Of a stretch of DNA of 57,839 nucleotides, positions 54,601-57,839 are shown piece by piece. The stretch lies in the IMG/VR virus record IMGVR_UViG_3300042569_000835, positions 1-57,839 of that record, one strand, 5' to 3'. Below the pieces are notes generated by a model that was given only the letters and a program-made list of their open reading frames with translations, was not told the DNA's origin and did not search any database. The stretch comes from a virus. Lineage: Duplodnaviria; Caudoviricetes. The number at the start of each line of letters is the position of its first letter. Positions within the stretch are counted from its first letter, which is position 1. The position numbers were made by a program, and so were the translations under genes.

Positions 54601-57600
54601 TCTGCTGCACAAGATCGTATTCAAGAAATTTACAATACTATCGACACTGGCACATCACCAACAACAATTGCTCCTGATATTACTTGGCCTGCAGCCGCAT
54701 TGATTTCTGCTAGAACAGCATTAAACACAGCAAGAACACAGATTCGTAGCGATGCGGTTGCCTATGTTAAAAAATTATACCCAACATTATCATTTGACGA
54801 AACACTGTGTTCACGCGATGTTGGCTACATGGTAGATGCACTTGGCTATGATCTGATGTTTGGATCAAACTTCCTTTCAATCCAAAGCGGATTGTCATAT
54901 CAAAGAGGATTAACATCCACTGCACTAGTATTAGGCAGTCAATTGGCTGCGACTCAAGCGATCATTGACTTTTTATCAGCGGCAACTTCTAAAATTGTTG
55001 CTAGTGGAGCAGTTGTACTAGCAGACAATTTGTGGACAGACATTATTAACTATGTTAATACAGGAACACAGCCGATTATTGTAGGATCAAATGATCCTAC
55101 AGAAGATCTAGATAGAATCAACGGTGCTAAAATTCTACAACTTAATAAAGAATTCTTAGTAGCTGAAGCAGATGCTTACATTGCAGATACATTTAAGGCT
55201 ACAGTTTCTGCATCAGACAATGGTACAGATGTATTAACATGTGGATCACAGACCTGGATGGTAGCAGGAGATACTGTAAGATTTACAGGAACTGTATTTG
55301 GCGGAGTATCACTGAATACAACATACTATGTTCTTAGCGCAAGTTTAACAGCTACAACATTTAAGATTTCGTTAACACCTGGCGGTACAGCAGTTGACCT
55401 ATCAACAGCATCTGGAACAATGACAGTTAAATGGTACTATGGTTCTGCTAGCTGCAACAATGATGTGAGAAATTATGTAGAAGCCATTGCACACGACTTG
55501 GTATATACAGGAAACTACAAGTCAGTTTCAGCCGCACAGTATTATAGAAATGCATTAACTGGCTCTAAACTAGAAGACATGTTCTATGTTAAGAATGGTA
55601 CAGGTCTAAGAAACTGTACACTGACAGGATTAGACGGTAGCTCCGATGGTAATACCACAGGTTATCAATCTGCTCTAACAACTGTGCCTAATGAATACGG
55701 CACACTGCGTCCTAATGCCGGTGCTTATGTTTCTTTAGATCCAGGTTGGGGACCAAACGATGAGAATGTATGGGTAGTGAACAAATCTACATATGTTCAG
55801 AACGTTACAACATTCGGTATCGGATGCGTTGGACAAAAGATTGACGGAAGTTTACATGCAGGCGGAAACGATTCTATTGTTTCCAACGACTTTACACAGG
55901 TATTGTCAGACGGCATCGGCGCTTGGATTACCAACTTAGGTCGTGCAGAACTTGTTTCTGTATTCTCATACTATAACTACATTGGTTATCTAGCAGAAAA
56001 CGGTGGAAAGATTCGTGCTACTAACGGAAACAACTCCTACGGTACATACGGAGCAGTAGCTGAATTCATCGACATTTCAGAAACACCGGTATTAGGCAAT
56101 ATTAATAATAGAAACACTGATGCAAATGTACGCAGTGTGTTAACAGACGGTACTGGAGTATTATTACACGAATTTGGAAACGCAGGTTCTGAATACTCTC
56201 AGGCAATATTTACAATATCAGGAACAGGATCAGGAGTTGCTACAACTGCTAATGAATTTAGAGACGGTGGTGTATTCCAAGTTAGACTAACTGATCCAGG
56301 TGATTCAAGCGGTCCTGGAGGTGTAGGCTACGTTACTGCACAAAACCTTGCACAATCAGGAAATACTACACAGATCACACTAGCAGCATCTGACAATAGC
56401 TCAAGTGCAGCCTATGTGGGAATGAGCATATACATGATCGGCGGAGTTGGTGCAGGTCAATACGGCTACATTAACACTTACAATGCCGGCAGTAAAGTTG
56501 CCACAGTGTATAAGGAATCTACTGGCACACCTGGCTGGGATCATGTTGTTGCAGGTACACCAATCGAAGCAGCATTAGATCTTACTTCGAATTACGAAAT
56601 AACTCCAAGATTAGCATTCTCGGCACCTCCATTTACAAAATCCACAGCCGATATGCCAAGCAGCCAAAATTGGTCTGACGTTGCATGGGGCGACGGTGTT
56701 GGTAGTTATACTGCGGTTTCCGCAACAGGTGGCGCAGGAAGTCTAGCTACATTTAATGTATCTAGACGCAGCGGAGTGTATACAGTAGAAATTAATGCTC
56801 CTGGGGTATTGTACGTAGCAGGAAATACATTAACAATTCTAGGAACATCATTAGGCGGCGCAACTCCAGCAAATGATTTAACAATCACTGTAGATACAGT
56901 TAGCACAGTGGGCGGTATTATACAGAGTATAACACCGAGCGGAACAGCAATTACTCCTAAGTTTGTGGCGCTTGCCGGTGGAACTAATTCTGCAACTACA
57001 GCAGCAGCAACCAGTTTAGATGGAATTACATGGTCGGCAATGACCATGCCATCATCGGCACAATGGGTAGCTGTTGCCTACGGTGCTGTATCAGGTATCG
57101 GTTATTATGTTGCCGTTGCTAGAGAAAGTGCTTCAGCAGCCTATTCAAGAGACGGAGTAAATTGGACACTATCTAGTCTAGGCGAAGTTGCTGACTGGAG
57201 CGATATTGCTTACGGTGCAGGAACATTCGTTGCAATCTCAGAAAGCGATTCTAGTCAAACATTCAGAGCATGGAGCTCTAACAATGGTGCTACCTGGAAC
57301 ACAACAACTTTTGCATCGGGTGCAAAAGCAATTGCCTATGGCTTTAGTAGATTCGTTGTTGTAGAAGGCAACTTCTCTAATTCTGTAGCCTACTCAACCA
57401 ACGGTGCTACATGGACTGTGACTACATTGCCAAGCAATGATGATTCTACAGAATCAAACTGGGTAGACATTGCCTACGGTAATGGACGCTATGTTGCAAT
57501 TTCAGATAGTTCTGCAATGGCAGCATACAGCTTGAACGGAGCTACATGGTACAAGAGCAATTTGCCGGGTATCTATGAGTGGAGTTCAATTGGTTATGGA

Positions 57601-57839
57601 CAGGGTGTATTTTACGTGACCAGCTTAGGCGATGCCGCAGCAACTTCACCAGATGGTATTACATGGACATTAAGAGATGGTTCTTATGGATCGTTTGATA
57701 TTACAGCTACATCTCAAAACACAAACACTGCATATGCAGAGACAGCAACATTAACAAGTGGTACATGGACAGATGCTATTTGGACAGGCACACAATTTGT
57801 AGCGGTAGGTTATAGCGGATCAGCTGGTCTAGTTGCAAC
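51682..57839 (+). CDS. Large multidomain fibre/adhesin, paralogue of 46087-51627, >=2052 aa, 3' end outside the window
   Basis: ATG at 51682 reads MAEFKLGRLRFVWKDQW, compared with MAEFKLSRFRYTWHGEW; same domain order; absence from the ORF track is consistent with no stop in the window. Confidence 0.85.
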   Translation, partial: MAEFKLGRLRFVWKDQWTTGTTYYKDDIIAYGGKTFLCVAGHTAAADFYTDLDNIPTKWNQFSDGQDWKGDWTGTTLYKVNDIVKYGGYVYICNDGHTSQSTLELDQSKWDLFAESFDWKSSWATGVVYKVNDLVKYGGLVYLCNTAHTSAGTATLGLEADQSKWDLFSKGIDWKGAWATSTRYKVGDVVKYGGTTYVCNLYHTSQATAALGLEPDQAKWDYFNQGVEYKGNWTTATRYKINDIVKSGGGVYICIVSHTADAAFPTDYTGGKWNQFVEGVEFEGEWLSGTTYQPGDIVRYGGNSYISKTAHIAAGGFTPSTNTTDWDLFATGFRFAGAWNSGTTYKVGEIVRNQGYTYVATADGQNFQPPNASYWELLNQGIDWTGDWASLTSYVLGDAVKFGPNSYITVQAHTSTASGLDRPDNDITGTYWNLLTAGNEESVLTTTGDLVYYSGGGPTRLPVGDEGQVLTVENGLPAWNYFGQVAKVFYVAPHGINTPAPTYGLTIDKPWASVRYACEQITNGTEYPNAAYLLKQNRTFIQKEIVEWVNYQITYYTTTVPTPSSIWYNFTNDSISACQRDMGLIVDAITHDLTHTGNVKTLEATESYFSAGTLITAISDEEFQLIAAINYGLSLISSILANTAPAQNYQTLNGIGAGSRIKQIIDATYTAEATAYAQCESLLNIITAALAAGVDTGLPELDTPGYTINVKTGQFYEVLPIPVPANTAIVGDELRSTRISPEGSLIATNDKAKSVSTLQRLQSVTDEIIANTAITPTTGNTATQYTTLQKAGNTGSATAVSSVQANTAEIKDIVTNNTPNAYVRPTPTGGTGNAFTAGYLDAARLINANRAFLQSEVSAWINAQISGNIAPFVGFVYGGTQQTKCERDVGYIVDALVYDITYGGNLATEIAARSYYSLGSFVEPTIEKAPALAVQLRIKDIIDNIATGNTAGWTKTTGLTQDVSGTPGSAPAASAAQDRIQEIYNTIDTGTSPTTIAPDITWPAAALISARTALNTARTQIRSDAVAYVKKLYPTLSFDETLCSRDVGYMVDALGYDLMFGSNFLSIQSGLSYQRGLTSTALVLGSQLAATQAIIDFLSAATSKIVASGAVVLADNLWTDIINYVNTGTQPIIVGSNDPTEDLDRINGAKILQLNKEFLVAEADAYIADTFKATVSASDNGTDVLTCGSQTWMVAGDTVRFTGTVFGGVSLNTTYYVLSASLTATTFKISLTPGGTAVDLSTASGTMTVKWYYGSASCNNDVRNYVEAIAHDLVYTGNYKSVSAAQYYRNALTGSKLEDMFYVKNGTGLRNCTLTGLDGSSDGNTTGYQSALTTVPNEYGTLRPNAGAYVSLDPGWGPNDENVWVVNKSTYVQNVTTFGIGCVGQKIDGSLHAGGNDSIVSNDFTQVLSDGIGAWITNLGRAELVSVFSYYNYIGYLAENGGKIRATNGNNSYGTYGAVAEFIDISETPVLGNINNRNTDANVRSVLTDGTGVLLHEFGNAGSEYSQAIFTISGTGSGVATTANEFRDGGVFQVRLTDPGDSSGPGGVGYVTAQNLAQSGNTTQITLAASDNSSSAAYVGMSIYMIGGVGAGQYGYINTYNAGSKVATVYKESTGTPGWDHVVAGTPIEAALDLTSNYEITPRLAFSAPPFTKSTADMPSSQNWSDVAWGDGVGSYTAVSATGGAGSLATFNVSRRSGVYTVEINAPGVLYVAGNTLTILGTSLGGATPANDLTITVDTVSTVGGIIQSITPSGTAITPKFVALAGGTNSATTAAATSLDGITWSAMTMPSSAQWVAVAYGAVSGIGYYVAVARESASAAYSRDGVNWTLSSLGEVADWSDIAYGAGTFVAISESDSSQTFRAWSSNNGATWNTTTFASGAKAIAYGFSRFVVVEGNFSNSVAYSTNGATWTVTTLPSNDDSTESNWVDIAYGNGRYVAISDSSAMAAYSLNGATWYKSNLPGIYEWSSIGYGQGVFYVTSLGDAAATSPDGITWTLRDGSYGSFDITATSQNTNTAYAETATLTSGTWTDAIWTGTQFVAVGYSGSAGLVA

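Noticed and set aside
27117-57047. Short minus-strand or alternative-frame ORFs inside the + strand genes (e.g. 28470-28889, 32072-32509, 37085-37537, 48629-48955)
   Set aside because: Nested in well-supported genes, with no recognisable motifs.
1-57839. tRNA, tmRNA, rRNA, IS elements or integrase
   Set aside because: None recognised; nearly all of the window is coding and the few gaps lack cloverleaf or T-loop signatures.

Overview
Morphogenesis and recombination region of a large, AT-rich, T4-related myovirus (probably a jumbo phage); the host cannot be determined from this window. A minus-strand baseplate operon runs from a tail-tube initiator through gp53-, hub-, gp5-, gp25- and gp6-like genes into a >4,000-aa ORF that leaves the left edge and is absent from the ORF track. 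Divergent from it are gp55 (late sigma factor), gp47, gp46, a small basic protein and a stand-alone GIY-YIG nuclease. Next come a ~480-nt non-coding region, two putative internal head proteins, a gp26-like chaperone, the tape measure, portal, prohead core/protease/scaffold genes, the major capsid protein and a fibre cluster ending in two giant paralogues, the second leaving the right edge. Late genes carry (A/T/C)TAAATA promoters. The best candidate for an undescribed system is the GIY-YIG gene followed by a ~300-nt multi-helix, pseudoknotted + strand RNA and a duplicated stem-loop module (26030-26502). Also notable: a probable programmed -1 frameshift in the gp26-like gene, a +1 frame break in a fibre gene, two structured late 5' UTRs, a glycosyltransferase-like gene inside the head operon, and phycobiliprotein-like CxRD repeats in a fibre. 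I found no tRNA, rRNA, CRISPR array or transposase. Product calls come from motif recognition and RNA pairings were worked out by eye; no searches or folding were run.
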